A DNA stretch of 64,000 bases from Basidiobolus meristosporus CBS 931.73. Its lineage: Eukaryota > Fungi > Basidiobolomycota. The notes under the pieces are model-generated. The model was not told where the DNA came from and ran no database searches. It saw only the letters and a program-made list of their open reading frames with translations. The position numbers were made by a program, and so were the translations under genes. Where the stretch lies: the NCBI GenBank assembly GCA_002104905.1, contig MCFE01000411.1, positions 1 to 64,000 on the forward strand, in the 5' to 3' direction. Positions 36,534 through 49,404 of the stretch are shown piece by piece (the first letter of the stretch is position 1; every line of letters starts with the position of its first letter).

Positions 36534-39500
36534 ATGGAAAAGACTACTTTGATGCAACGCCATAAGAGAAGAGAAAAAAGTCCATGTGGTAATTGTAGCC
36601 AGCCTCTCAGTCATGAAAAACATATACAGTATAGGAAGTATTACAGGGATCTTGGCCAGTGTTTTGCCGCTCAAGTCATATTTGACCACTTGCCAGTGAC
36701 TACTGCACCAACATCATCTTGCCAGCCACTTGATACCTCTATAATGACATCTGGCCATACTTGTCACCATGTGCAAACTGAGTCAGGTGAGTTTGTGACA
36801 CCTCTAGGCTTGCCCCAGCTTTCTGAATATTGCATACAGAGTGACAGACCTGAAGCAGCAGGCTCATGGATAGATTGTGAGCTTTTCTCCCTAACAACAG
36901 TATCCGGCATTAGCTTGACAAAATCCCATTATGCAATGAGATAATACAAATGGAAAAAAATGCTAAGGATGATTTATGGAGTCAAGCAAGGACAGTATTC
37001 ATCTACTGGTGAACAATGTGATGTTGTGGCTAGAGAAGTAGCTCATTTCCACTAATATCAGTAGTAGGGGCTTTGGGGTTCCACTACTACTTCTTGCCAA
37101 AATCATCCGGGGATGCAACTTGCCATGTACATGGTATGAATCAACAACCATCATGTGGCTGGCAACATATGACCCAGAGACTGTTGTGATACCTGTTGTA
37201 AAGATTTGTATTTCCACCTGAATATTCACTTAATTTAGTCACTTGAATCATTACCTTCAAATCCTAGAGAATACTGACCAAATTCCTTGTCAGGATTTAC
37301 TTAGAATATTTTCACCAAAATACCAGGTACCCAGAACATGAAAATTCTCAAGGTTGTCCAAACAGCTCCAATCTTTGCAAGCATCTTTTTGGGACCTTCC
37401 TAGACCTATTCTATGTGTTTGTAATGCCAAGACCGTGTCAAAGTATAAATACTACTTTTACATTCAATAAATCATTAAGTGAAAACTCATAATCTACTTA
37501 AGATATGCAAGAGGGAGCCTTAAAGTACCAGAAGAAAGAACAAAGTGCCTTTAACTGCATTTGCCTTAATGTTAAAGACAAATTGCTAATTCAATGCTCA
37601 AGAGCAAAAATGGCAAAGAAAGCCTGGAAGGCATTAGAAGACACCTACCAGTCATGTTCAGCTGCTAAGAAAATGTATCTGAGACAAAAATGTTTTACTA
37701 CAAAGATGTAGCCAGGAGAAGAAATGAAAAATCTAATTCACAGAATTACCCTGCTGGTGGATGAAACAGAATCTGTGGGTGTACCAGCTACTAATGCAGA
37801 TGTGATGGTTACCATCCTGAATAGCCTGACAGACAAGTTTCAGGGCCTTATATCAGCCCTAGGGTCCAGAACTGAAGATTTAACCTTAATTTATGTATTT
37901 GGAAGGCTCCTGGATAAAGAATTAAGAAAATCAAGCACCAAAAAGAAGGAAGAAGAAAATGCTTTAATAAGCAATGTTAACCAACAAAGGAGGTACCCAA
38001 GACCCTACAAAGATAGCAGCAACCTGTTTTGCAACTACTGCAAAGGTAAGGACACACATCAGACCAGTGTCTCAAAAAGAGAGATAGTCAGCTGAAAAAG
38101 CCTTAATATTGAAATGCTGCAACAACTGAAGATAAAATATTCATATCTGCACTAAATATGACCACAAACAAGGATTCTCAGACGTGGTATATTGACTCTG
38201 GAGCATATCAACACTTTACACACCAAAAGAACTTTTTACCCAATACCAAGAAATTCCAATTAAGAAGGTTTTCTGGGTGACAATAGAACACTTGATGCAG
38301 TGGGAGAAGGAACTATCCAAGTAAATCTTCAAACAGTGAAGGAAGCCATACACTGACTTTTAAAGAAGTACTCTATGTACCAGAAATAGCCAAGAACCTA
38401 ATATCTTTAAGCAAGGCCACTGGAGAAGGACTTAATTTCAGCTTTGATAATTCTGGATGCAAGATCACTGATCAAAATGGTGCCCATACTGCTATGGGTA
38501 TCAGAGATCAGAGTCTATATAAGTTAGCTTATATTCCATCATATTTGGAAGCCAATATTAGTAACTTGAATGAAGAAACACCAATGCTTTGGCACAGAAG
38601 ATTTGGACACATCAATTTTGATTATTAGCGCAAAAAGAACAAAGATCAGCTAATTTCTGGAGTAAATTTGATCCCCCAGCTAATTTGGTGCACTGTGAAG
38701 CCTGCATATATGGGAAACAAGCTGGACAACTGTTCAAGAGCTCTGGGCTAATCAAAACTAAGAAAAAATTAGATCTAGTTCACTCAGATCCGTGTGGACC
38801 AATGGAAAAATTATCCTAAGGTGGGATGAAGTATTTAATCACTTTTATTGATGATTATACAAGATACACGTGGGTCTACTTCATGGAGAGAAAGGAAGAA
38901 GCTCTGTCTAATTTGAGGGAGCTCAAAGCCATGGTGGAGAGAGAAACTGGTGAAAAAATCAAGTAAATATGCTGTGACAATGGTGGACAATATACCTCAA
39001 AACTCTTCATCCACTTCTGCAAAATTCATGGGATAAAGCAAGAGACTATTGTACCATACTCCTCACAGCAAAATGGAGTAGCAGAATGTGCTAACAGATC
39101 AATAATTGATATGGCAAGATCTGTGATCCATGATCAAGAATTTTCCTATGATTTTTGGGTGGAATTGGTTGCCACTGCTGTATATCTTGAAAATAAGAGT
39201 TATAACAGAATACTTTGTGATTCTACTCCATGTGAAGCACAGTATAGATACAGACCAAGTGCAGAACATCTAAGAGTATTTGGGTGTACAGCATATGCCA
39301 AGAAACTGCCCAGAAATCAGTCAAAATTTAAACCAAAAAGTGTGAAATGCATATTTTTGGGCTACTGCAATGAGAGTAAGGCATACAGACTCTACAATAC
39401 CAAAGCTAAGAAGCTAATCAAGTCCAGGGACGTATTGTTTGATGAAAGTTTAAATTTTCACAAAAAATGACATCAGATGATGACAAAAATTGTATCTCAA

Positions 39501-42500
39501 GTCCACCAATTGCCAGGGTTGAATCAGAGCAAAACAATGAAAATTTTTCACTCCAGAGGACTCTAAAACCATGGTTCACCCTGAATCAGTGCCCAAGAAT
39601 ATCCCAGAAGCAATCATTCCAGTATTAAATGCCCAGAGATCCAATTGGAAAAGATATAACCCATATTACTATATCAATGAGGGTACAAACTTAGCCTATG
39701 CATATTGAGTCCATATTGATGAGCCCCAGACTGTAAAAGAGGCCCTAAATAGACCTCAGACAAATTTTTGGAGATTTTCAATGACTGAGGAATATCATGC
39801 CCCAATGGGAAGTCAGACTTGGGACTTAGTCAAATTACCAATCAATCAAAAATCAATTGGATGCAGATGGGTCTTCCAGACAAAATACAAGGCTGATAGT
39901 ACAATTGAACAATATAAAGCAAGACTTGTGGCCAAAGGATACTCTCAAACAAAAGGACTTGACTATACTGAGAACTTTGCACTGGTAGCCAAGTTTGATT
40001 CCATCAGATTAATATTGGCTACTGCAGCCAAATGTATTTTTTTATTCATCAAATGGATGTAAAGACTGCATTTTTGAATGGAGAACTTGATGAGGATGTG
40101 TATATGGACCAGCCTGATGGGTTTATTGACCAAGATAACCCCTTTTGGTCTGCAAGCTTAAGGAGTCACTATATGGTCTCAAACAATCACCAAGAGCTTG
40201 GAATTGCAAGATAGATTCTTATCTGGAATCTTTGAGTTTCAAAAGGAGTAATGCTGACTATAGTATATACTATAAGCCAGATAGAGCAAATCCAGTTCTA
40301 TCAGCTCTATGTGTGGATGATCTTATTATAGCCACCACTAACCTAAAAGCATTGGAAGAGACTAAATCCTGCCAATCTAAGGAGTTCAAGATGTCTGATC
40401 TAGGAGAACTCAATTACTACTTATGGATTAAGTTCTGCATAGACAGAAGTACCCAGACTATTACCACAAGTCAATCCAAGAATATTCAAGATATACTAAA
40501 GAAGTACAAAGTGGAAGACTTTAAACCAGCAGCTACCCCAATGGAGACAAATCTTGACTTGGTCAGAACTCAACCAAATCAAGTGAGCTTGGTGCCATCT
40601 GAGAGCCCTGACTTTCCTTATCAATCTATGGAGGGCAGTTTGATGTATATCATGCTTGGAACATGTACAGATATCTCATATTCATTTGAGTTGTCAGCCA
40701 ACATAATCAGAACTATGAATCGGATCATATTGTAGCAGTTAAGCAGATTTTTAGATACCTAAAAGAAATTGCTGACTTTGGCTCAAGATATACTTATAAG
40801 GATTCAGAACTGGATCTTGTGGCATACTCTGATACTAATTGGGGACAAAATTTGGAAGACAGAAGATCCACCACAGGTTACACCTCTCTTTACTGTCAAG
40901 GAGCAATTTCATGGAATTCAAGAAAGCAACCAACCATAACACTTACTACTACTGAGGCAGAGTATATCGCAGCCTGCAAAACTACCAAAAAAGAAATGTG
41001 GTTAAGAAAAATTTTTAGAGATCTAGGCCTATGCCTAAAAACACCTATTACTTTATTTCAAGATAATCAAGGATGTATACAATTAGGTAGAAATCCAACT
41101 TTTCATGCTAAAGCTGAGCACATAGAAATTAGACATCATCTCATATGTGAAGCTATTGAGAATAACTTAGTTAGCTTAGTATACTGTCCTTCAGATGAAA
41201 TGATTGCAGTCACACTTACCAAACCATTAGCTAGTGACAAGCTTGAATATTTTAGGTCAAAATTAGGACTAGCCTGTATGAACATTTAGCTGAGTGGGAG
41301 TGTTGTAAAAATTTGTAATCCTGCCTAAATATTCTCTTAACTTAGCCACTTGGATTGTTACCCTCAAATCTTAGGAAATATTGACCACATTCCTTGTCAG
41401 GATTTACTTAGACTATTTTCACCAATATACCAGGTACCCAGAACATGAACATTCTAAAAGTTGTCCTGACAGCTCCAAACTTTGCACACATGTTCCTGGG
41501 ACCTTCCTAAACATATTCTATGTGTTTGTAATGCCAAGACCATGTAAAAGTATAAATACTACTCTTACATTCAATAAATCATGAAGTGAAAACCACATAA
41601 TTTACTTGTTCTCCCAAATCACTTCCAATATCTTCAAGACTCTTACAACAATACCAGCATGTATTAGCAGCTGCTTGGGATTCACATCAGAAAATGCCAC
41701 AATTGCAAGGTGCCCAACTTGTCAGGAATCTACTACCATTGGGGGGAAACATTGTACACACCCCATATATGTTCTAGTTATGCCCTGTCTAAAGAAGCTC
41801 ATACTGCTCAACAAATAATGTGAAGCTATAGAGTCTCACACTCAGTATCAATCAAGCATAAATACATCCAATATATTTGATGGCAAACATTACAAACAGC
41901 CAAGAAGCAAGGGCTATTTTCAAGGTATGCATGACCATGCCTTTACCTTGAGAGTTGATGGAATCTTATTAAACAAGTGCATTGCCAGCAAATCCTGCTA
42001 GCCATTGATTCTCATCAACCTGAATCTGCCACCTATCTTACAGTATGAGAGCAGAATTCTGATGGTAGGCTCACTGGTATCTGGGCCTAAATCACCATCC
42101 AACCTGGATAGCTATCTGTATCCATTGCTGGATGAATTTTGTATGCTTTCCAGCTGGATAATGGTGAATAGGTGTCATGTCAAAGCGCATATCACTATCT
42201 GCATTGGAAAAACACCAGCCCTCAGCAGGTTAGCTAGCCTTTCTGGGAACAATGGATGGTATTGCTGTTAAAAATGTGTGAGATCCAGAGGATTTACTCT
42301 ATAACACACACACATTATTATTACCCAAACACAAACACTAATAAAATCATCTTCCCACACATAGAACAAGCAGAAGTAAACATGCAATTGCAGCAAAGTT
42401 GGCAAGCTATAAGCCATTGGCCAGAATATGGAATTAATTAGAAGCCAGAGATACCTAAAATAGAGGGTATCTGTTAGAGCAAAGCTTTTCACTGGGAGCA

Positions 42501-42900
42501 ATGCTTTTGCTTTTCAACAATATCCCTATACTGATGACCAAGTTGTACATGGGGCATTCCACGCTAAGTGGCCCTTTGAGATACCAGAGAGATTTTAAAG
42601 AATTGGCAAGACATTACAGAGTATCTGCTACCCCAAGCACTTTAACATGTAGATTTCTGCTGCTACTATGTCCATTCTTTACTCCTTCTTGTTTGGGGCA
42701 CCGGGAGTATTGGGCCTTGCTTCACCTTTTGGGAGTCTCCTATGGAGTAGATATGTGGGGAGATAGGAAAACAAATCAAGTTGCAGGTACTATCATATCC
42801 CAATCGCATCAAGAATATCACCTTCAACTCCCTCATGGATGCAATGAGTTGGCACATGAAGGTCGACCAGGAAGAGTTGGAAAATACTGAGGACAGATGT
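36534..42900 (+). pseudogene. CACTA Tnp2 (Transposase_21-like) transposase, interrupted by copia copy 6
   Basis: CGNC..SH N-terminus; ATYDPETVVIP|ACISSC..RCPTCQE; DGKHY; LINLNLPP..SGPKSPSNLDSYLYPLLDE..IGKTPA..GNNGWYCC; MLLLFNNIP. Confidence 0.8.
37194..41650 (+). mobile_element. Copia copy 6 (near full length; deletion removes 5' LTR end, PBS and gag start)
   Basis: LTRs 37194-~37499 and 41301-41650; TSD ATACC/ATACC (37189-37193, 41651-41655); gag, PR, IN, RT and RH remnants. Confidence 0.95.
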
Positions 42901-44299
42901 GCAAATGGAGACAGCCATGCTTAGGGCATTAAGAAGCTAAGTAGCTTCAAAGCATTTGTAATCAGTTAAGTAATGCAAAGCTGAATTAGGTGCAACAAGC
43001 AACTGATTATTATTAGGCAAACTCCACCAAAGTATGCCAGGTTTCTCTTGGTCACAAGCCAATTTCAACACCATTGAATATGGAAATCACACAAACAAGA
43101 GCCAGAGTGCAACTAGAAGAGGGACTAGAATTCAGCAAGGAGAAGAAATATATACTGGCTAAATACCAAAAACCTCTTTGCAGATATTCAGGAGATATTC
43201 ATGGCAGAGGTGGCTTCAACCAAGCATATGTTTGCAGGATGTTTATGTTACTAGCAATACAAGGTATATGGCAACTTTGCAAGTATCACACTAAAAAGCC
43301 ATAAAGTTAAAGCAAAAGAGGTATGTCAATTATGGCAGGTGTGCTTGTTAGTAGAGGCTAGTAAGCAGGAGGTCATAGTATTTTTTGATTTGAGCTATAT
43401 GTGGATTATGCAAGGTAGTAGTGAGTAAGCAAATAAAGTGGTGTGATCCCACCATGCAATATATGAAATGCATAGGGGGATGTAGAAAAAGGAAATACCA
43501 TTTGGTAAATTGCTATGGTAGCATTGTTCAGAATTGACTGTAGGCTGCTATATTGCCATGACAATACCATTAGAGGCTTGCAATGAGGCTATCAAAACAC
43601 CATCATGTTTTTTGCCTTTTGAGGTAATCGGATGTACTGGGTATTAGATCCACTCAGATAGTTGCAGAATGCACCAAGACTGCAACAATGCCCTGTCATC
43701 CCTGGCAAAACACTGCCCAAACTCTGTTAAGTTTTTTAACTTTGCTAGGCAGTAAAATTAGCCAAATGCCATTATGATTCTATCTTGAGATTGTGTAATA
43801 GGCCATCAATTCCAAGCAGGTGGTAATATAGCAAACTCCTGATGGGATCCTGACAGCTGATCTGGAGTGGATCCACCTACATGACCAAATTATTTTTCAT
43901 AGGGAGCAACTGCAGTTATGGTGACTGAGAGTATAAATATCTGTGGGATAATATTCATAAGTGCATGGAGGTTTGCATAAATTGACAATAGCAATATTAC
44001 TCTGAAGTAGGTGTGAGAAGCTTGAAAGAAAATGAGCATTAAGTAATGGATTACCATCACTAACTGCAGCATGACTCATTTGCTTTGAAATCTATCACAG
44101 AGGTGTAGCACCAATATATAGGGTGAATACCAGAACTTGTCTTGGCAGGCTTTGAGTGCTCAAGCCTTAAGTGTTACTTATAAATAATATTTTTCAAGTA
44201 GCTCAGTCAGTTATTCCTGATTTCCTTTGGCTTCTTCCAATATGTAAACATGTGGATTGTTTACTGCTGAGAACATCTTGTAAAGCAGTTGAATGTGAT

Positions 44300-45009
44300 G
44301 GTATTGAACAAAAAAGTATAGCATCCAAGAGAAAAGAGTCATAATCTGTGGAATAGCTCAACTGCACCAAAGGGACAATTAAGTGCAGATTCTTAGTACT
44401 GTCAGAGAGTGGCAGATATACTAGCAGAGAGATTCTGTTCTACTATTGGTCTTGTATATGGCTGGTCTAGGCTATAAAGGCAACAGAGTGGGCCTACTTT
44501 GCAGGCTAGGCATGATGTTTGTGGGAGTGCTAGACCTGCTAGACTTTTGCATAAACTAGAATGAAATTGCTGGATTCTTTTTTTGCTATGACCCAGTCCT
44601 AACTTTGTTGAGACACACACCTGACCAAAAGGTTCAGTAGGCTTTGTTTATACTTTATGATCAATAAGCTTTAGTAAGAGCCTAGAGACTTTATTCCTTT
44701 AAATCAATTAGGGAGCTGATAGGTGAGTAAGATGAGTGAATGTGCATCATCAATCAGGGGATGTGTTTACAACTACTTAGTGGTTGAATGGATCTCAGAT
44801 TACCAATCACCTGGAAAGACTTGGTAGATGAGTTGATGGCATAATGGCCACATGAAAAATGATGAAGTGTGAAAGTGCAAGATAGATTCTAAGATGGGGT
44901 AAATATACCATAGGTGTTTTAATGATGTTTAGGTTTAGAAAATTCAGTTCAGGTAATAAAATTTCAATTGAAATCAAATTAGCTATTTTTTAAGCTCTGA
45001 TGCACAACA
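44300..45009. repeat. Dispersed repeat family Z, copy 2
   Basis: Colinear with 12130-12872. Confidence 0.5.
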
Positions 45010-46690
45010 ATAGGTTCCTGAGGAAGGCACAGGCTTAAATGACTGCCAGGTCCTTGTCTGCTACTTCAGCTGAGTGCTCTTGAGTTGAACTGCACTTTCC
45101 CTGATAAAGTCTGCACTGGTGCATCTGTTTCTGCCTGCTTGAACATTTCAAGTGTGGCTTAGCTACCTGGCACTTCTTTTGTGCATGCTGAGAGCTTTCA
45201 GCCCTGCCTTGATGGGGTCTTGAAGATCTTGCTGGTTTTTGGGAGTGGCCCCCTTGTGCTTCTATCTATGATAGTCTATTCCATTCTCATATGATTTCTT
45301 TACATTCCAATGATGCCCAAAGCTTATTTGCATGTTTGAACTCAGGATAATGCTCATGAAGCATATAAGACTTGTTCTGTTGGATAGTGCCACATTGAGC
45401 CATGGGTGCCAAATAGTGCCATTGAGTGCCAGAAAGGCATAGCAGACCTAAAATTGGCCACAGAGAGTGAAGCATTACTCTTTATTTTCATGCAAAGCAC
45501 CCCTTGTGTTTCACCCATTGTGCTGGAGAAAATCCATTTTTTGACCTTTTTTTCTGGATCAATGTTGTACAGGATGTGAAAGAGCACAGAAGGACTGAAG
45601 ACATGCATCTGGTACTGAATACCCATGGCACTCTGAATCTAGCTCCTATGGCTTGTATCATGTCACAAAAATGTATGGCACTATCTTGGTCCACTGGTAC
45701 TATCTGGCACTATAAGTGCTTTATATAGGTCTTACTTTAGGGCTAATATTTAAATATAGTGCCTGATAGTATCAGTGGAACAAGATAGTGCCATGCATTT
45801 TTGTGACTTGATACAAGCCACAGAAGCTAGATTCAGAGTGCCATGGGTATTCAGTACCAGATGCATGTCTTCAGTCCTTCTGTGCTCTTTCACATCCTGT
45901 ACAACATTGATCCAGAAAAAAAGGTCAAAAAATGGATTTTCTCCAGCACAATGGGTGAAACACAAGGGGTGCTTTGCATGAAAATAAAGAGTAATGCTTC
46001 ACTCTCTGTGGCCAATTTTAGGTCTGCTATGCCTTTCTGGCACTCAATGGCACTATTTGGCACCCATGGCTCAATGTGGCACTATCCAATGGAACAAGTC
46101 TATAAAGTACATTCTGCTTGGCTTTGAGCTCCAGATAGTTCCATGGTATGATGGCCTCAATATGATGGCATCTCTAGACTTTGTGCAGCCACTTGAATAT
46201 TGATTGGCTCCTCATTATTGTGCTCAACTGCTTCATAGATCTTTGATTTTGGCTAATTTTTAGACTTTGGTACATGTATTGCAGTCACCCCCTCTCATTT
46301 TGTGATAGGCTCTTCTGTGAGCTGTGAATCTGGAAGTGTTGTTGTGGTTCAGTGACTGAGTGGTGTACCTCTGTTGCTATTTCAGAGGATGGATCATTCT
46401 TATTCTGCAACATTGAGCTTTTTGAATTCCGTTGTTGCAGCCAGAATATTACATTTTCCACCTGGAGTAGCAGTTACTCCATATATAATATCCACTCTGC
46501 CTGTTACTGAGTTGTCTCCTAATTTCTCTAGCTCATTGCATCTATCCAATTACCCATTGTACCTAATGATCTCATTAATGCCTTGATATAAGCCAACAAC
46601 ATATTTGATAATACTGGTGGTGGTGATGTTATGACAGTCAGTTGCATGTTTTACACATGATTTACTACATTAGATACATTCTCATGTGCT
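45010..46690 (-). pseudogene. Heavily decayed CACTA ORF2 copy, host of foldback copy 2
   Basis: Flanks rejoin as GGATAATGCTCATGAAGCATATAAAGTACATTCTGC, matching the empty site near 53935. Confidence 0.6.
45368..46101. mobile_element. Foldback palindromic element, copy 2 (734 bp, opposite orientation to copy 1)
   Basis: AGACTTGTTC...GAACAAGTCT, TSD ATA/ATA; left arm differs from the copy-1 right arm at ~5 sites. Confidence 0.92.
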
Positions 46691-47199
46691 TGAGCATTAA
46701 TGTCTTACAGTGGTGTAGTGGTATGAAAGAGACATTCAGCAACCAATGTACTCATTCCTATATTTTCTACTTCCTAGCTTTTCTGCTACCTATATTTTAG
46801 ATTTATTATTTAACTTGAGTAATCAGTAATATTCCATAAGCTGGCTGACTACCACTCATGCTGATTATAATTCAAAACCCAGTTGTAACTCTATGTGGGA
46901 CTACTATATGTCAATGCTTCTATATTAAGCAAGTACCAAAGCTAGTATCTGTCACACATGACTAAGCCATGCCATCATCCCTACCATTTCCACTCCATGT
47001 ATGGCATTTTTATGTTACACTGATTCCAAAATACTGATGCCCAATAGTTAGATGTGTTTTGCATTTTAGAAGCTGTTGGGTCCTACTATTCATGCACCCA
47101 GTTGAGTAGTGCACCTTGTTCTAGTCTTGATAAGATGTCAGCAACCATATCATTTTTCCTAGCACAGTAGACAATCTTTGAGTCAAATTGCTGATTGTT

Positions 47200-47790
47200 T
47201 TCACTTCATATTGTCATTGTGCCAAATAGTTTCTGATGTCAGATATTCCTATGCTTGGCTGCTTGGCAAGCTCAATTTTCAGTGTTTGAAATGCAGTCTC
47301 GAAACCTATGTCTCACTACAAGTGGTTTACTTAGTTGCAGTCTAAGGTTACTCCTGGGCAAGTCACTGCATGTCATAAATATTCAGTGCGCTTCTTTAAG
47401 AATTCACACTCTGCAATTTCTCTATATAGTTTTGTTAATGGCAATCTTGATGGCTTCTTCAATAGTCTGAGGTCTTGGATAAATCACTTCCCTGAAAGTT
47501 CTTTCTTTCAGCCAATCAATAAAGGATTCAACTTGATCAAGGGGGTTCATTCTTTCAATCTGTCCAAGTAGACATCTACACTCATAGATGTATTCTTGAG
47601 CCATTGCTTCCTGTCTGAGCATCTTTAGTTTGCTTCTTTGTAGTATCTGTTGATGTTGAGGCTCATAGGAATCCTGAATATCCAGCACAAACTCATCCCA
47701 GGCAGAGATAGTAGATCATTCAAGCATTTTGGCTGATCTGATCTTGCCTTGGTACCAATGCAAAGCTGCATAATGAAACTTGCTTTCTGC
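47200..47790 (-). mobile_element. Ty3/gypsy remnant (gag fused by deletion to RT/RNase H fragments)
   Basis: ORF 47422..47688 KLKMLRQ..QEY..DQVESFIDWLKE..PQTIEEAIKIA resembles retrotransposon gag; followed by CEFLKKRTEYL-like RT text. Very decayed. Confidence 0.5.
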
Positions 47791-47799
47791 AACAATTAG

Positions 47800-49074
47800 A
47801 ACTTCTTGATATTGGGTAAAATGTTCTTTTTGGTGCGTACAGTGTTGAGATGCTCCAGAGTCAATATACCACATGTGAGAATCCTTATTTGAGTCAATAT
47901 ATAGTGCAGATATGAATAGTCTATCATCAGCTGTTGCAGCATTTCCACATTAAGGGTTTTTCTGCTGACTATCTCTCTTCTTGAGGAAATGGTCTGATGT
48001 GTCTTCTTTCCTTTTGCAGTGTTGCAAAATAAGTTGCTATTACCTTTAGAAGATCTTTGGCATTTATTTGTTTGTTTTCATCATTTCTTAAATCATTTTC
48101 TGCTTCTTTCTCATTAGCGCTTCATTTTTTTAATTCTTCATCTAGGAGCCTTTTATATACAAAATTTAAAGTCAAATCTTCAGTTCTAGACTCTAGGGCT
48201 GTTACAAGGCCCTGAAACCTGTCTTTCAGGCTATTTGGGATGGTAACTATCAGATCCTCATCAGTAGTTAGTACACCCACAGATTTGATCTCAACCAACA
48301 GCAGGGTATTCCTATTGATTAAATTTCTTATATCTTCTCTTGGCTGCATCTTTGTAGTAAAGAATTTCTGTCTCAGATACGACTTCTAAGCAGCTGAACA
48401 TGATTGGTAGGTGTCTTCTCATGCTTTCCGGGCATTCTTTGTAGTTTTTGCTTGTGAGCATTGAATTAGCAATCTGTCTTTCACATTAAGGGATATGCAT
48501 TTAAAGGCACCTTCTTCTTTCTTCTGGTACTTTAAGACTTCCTCTCCCATGTTTATAGGAGGGCATCCTTCTCCCATGACAATATCCCAGAGGCCTCTTT
48601 CTTGTAGCAGCATCTTCAGCATCACCTTTCACACTAGGTAATTAGATCCATCCAGCTTTTCAGCAGAGAAAAAGGTTTCAGTAATAGCAGTAGTACACAA
48701 AGCAGAGAGTGACTACTTGAGGCTCATAACCTGTTTCAAAGTGTTGGGAATATTGGAAGTATTGAGCAAACAAGTAGATTGTGTGGCTTTCACTCAATGA
48801 TATATTGAATGTAAAAATAGCTTTAACTTTACATGGTATTGGCTTAACAAGCACATAGAATAGGCTCAGGAAGGTCTCATGAACATTTGCGCAAATTTTG
48901 AGGCTGTTTGAACAACTCCAAGATTTTCATGTTCTGTGTACCTGATATCTGGGTGAAAATATTCTAAGTAGATCCAAACAAGAATTTTGGTTGGTATTCT
49001 CTAGGATTTGGAGGTAGTGATCCAAGTGACTAAGTTAGGTGAATATTTAGGTGGAGTTGCAAACTTTTACAACA
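47800..49074 (-). mobile_element. Copia copy 7, 5' fragment (LTR 48732-49074, PBS, gag, protease start)
   Basis: GGCTCATAACC beside the LTR; gag ORFs 48122..48349 and 48419..48625. Confidence 0.85.
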
Positions 49075-49404
49075 TATATTAGTAGTGCATGGGAGGTAGA
49101 AAAGGAAATATCATTTGGTAAATTGGTATGGGAGCATTATTAATAACTAGCTGTAGGCTGCCATGCTGCTACAATAATGACATCAGAGGTTTGCAATGAG
49201 GCCATCAAGACACCAGCAGGTTTTTTGCCATATAAGGCAATTACATGTACTGGCCAGTTAGATCTACCCAAATAGTTGTAGCATGCACTAAGACCACAAT
49301 AATGCCATGCCACCCTGGCAAAACACTGTTTAAACACTGTTATGTTTTTAACTTTATTTGGCAGTAAAATTGGCCAAATTCTATTGTCATCCTCTCATAA
49401 GATT

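Larger units (their letters stand above)
33653..43904. mobile_element. CACTA/EnSpm-type (CCC-ended) DNA transposon remnant with nested copia insertions
   Basis: Termini CCCTATGAGAAGTTATT (33653) and AATTATTTTTCATAGGG (43904); Tnp2-like transposase remnant on +, ORF2 on -. Flanks do not form a TSD, so it may be a mosaic. Confidence 0.75.

Noticed and set aside
33651-43906. One clean CACTA insertion into copia copy 3
   Set aside because: Flanks TT vs AG are not duplicated and copia gag does not resume after 43904.
43905-44300. Gypsy RT remnant on the minus strand
   Set aside because: Only a faint resemblance with several stops; no diagnostic motif could be read.
18605-49074. CRISPR-like array of recurring repeats
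   Set aside because: The recurring unit is a 348-bp LTR with TG..CA ends, PBS and PPT; there is no short repeat-spacer periodicity.
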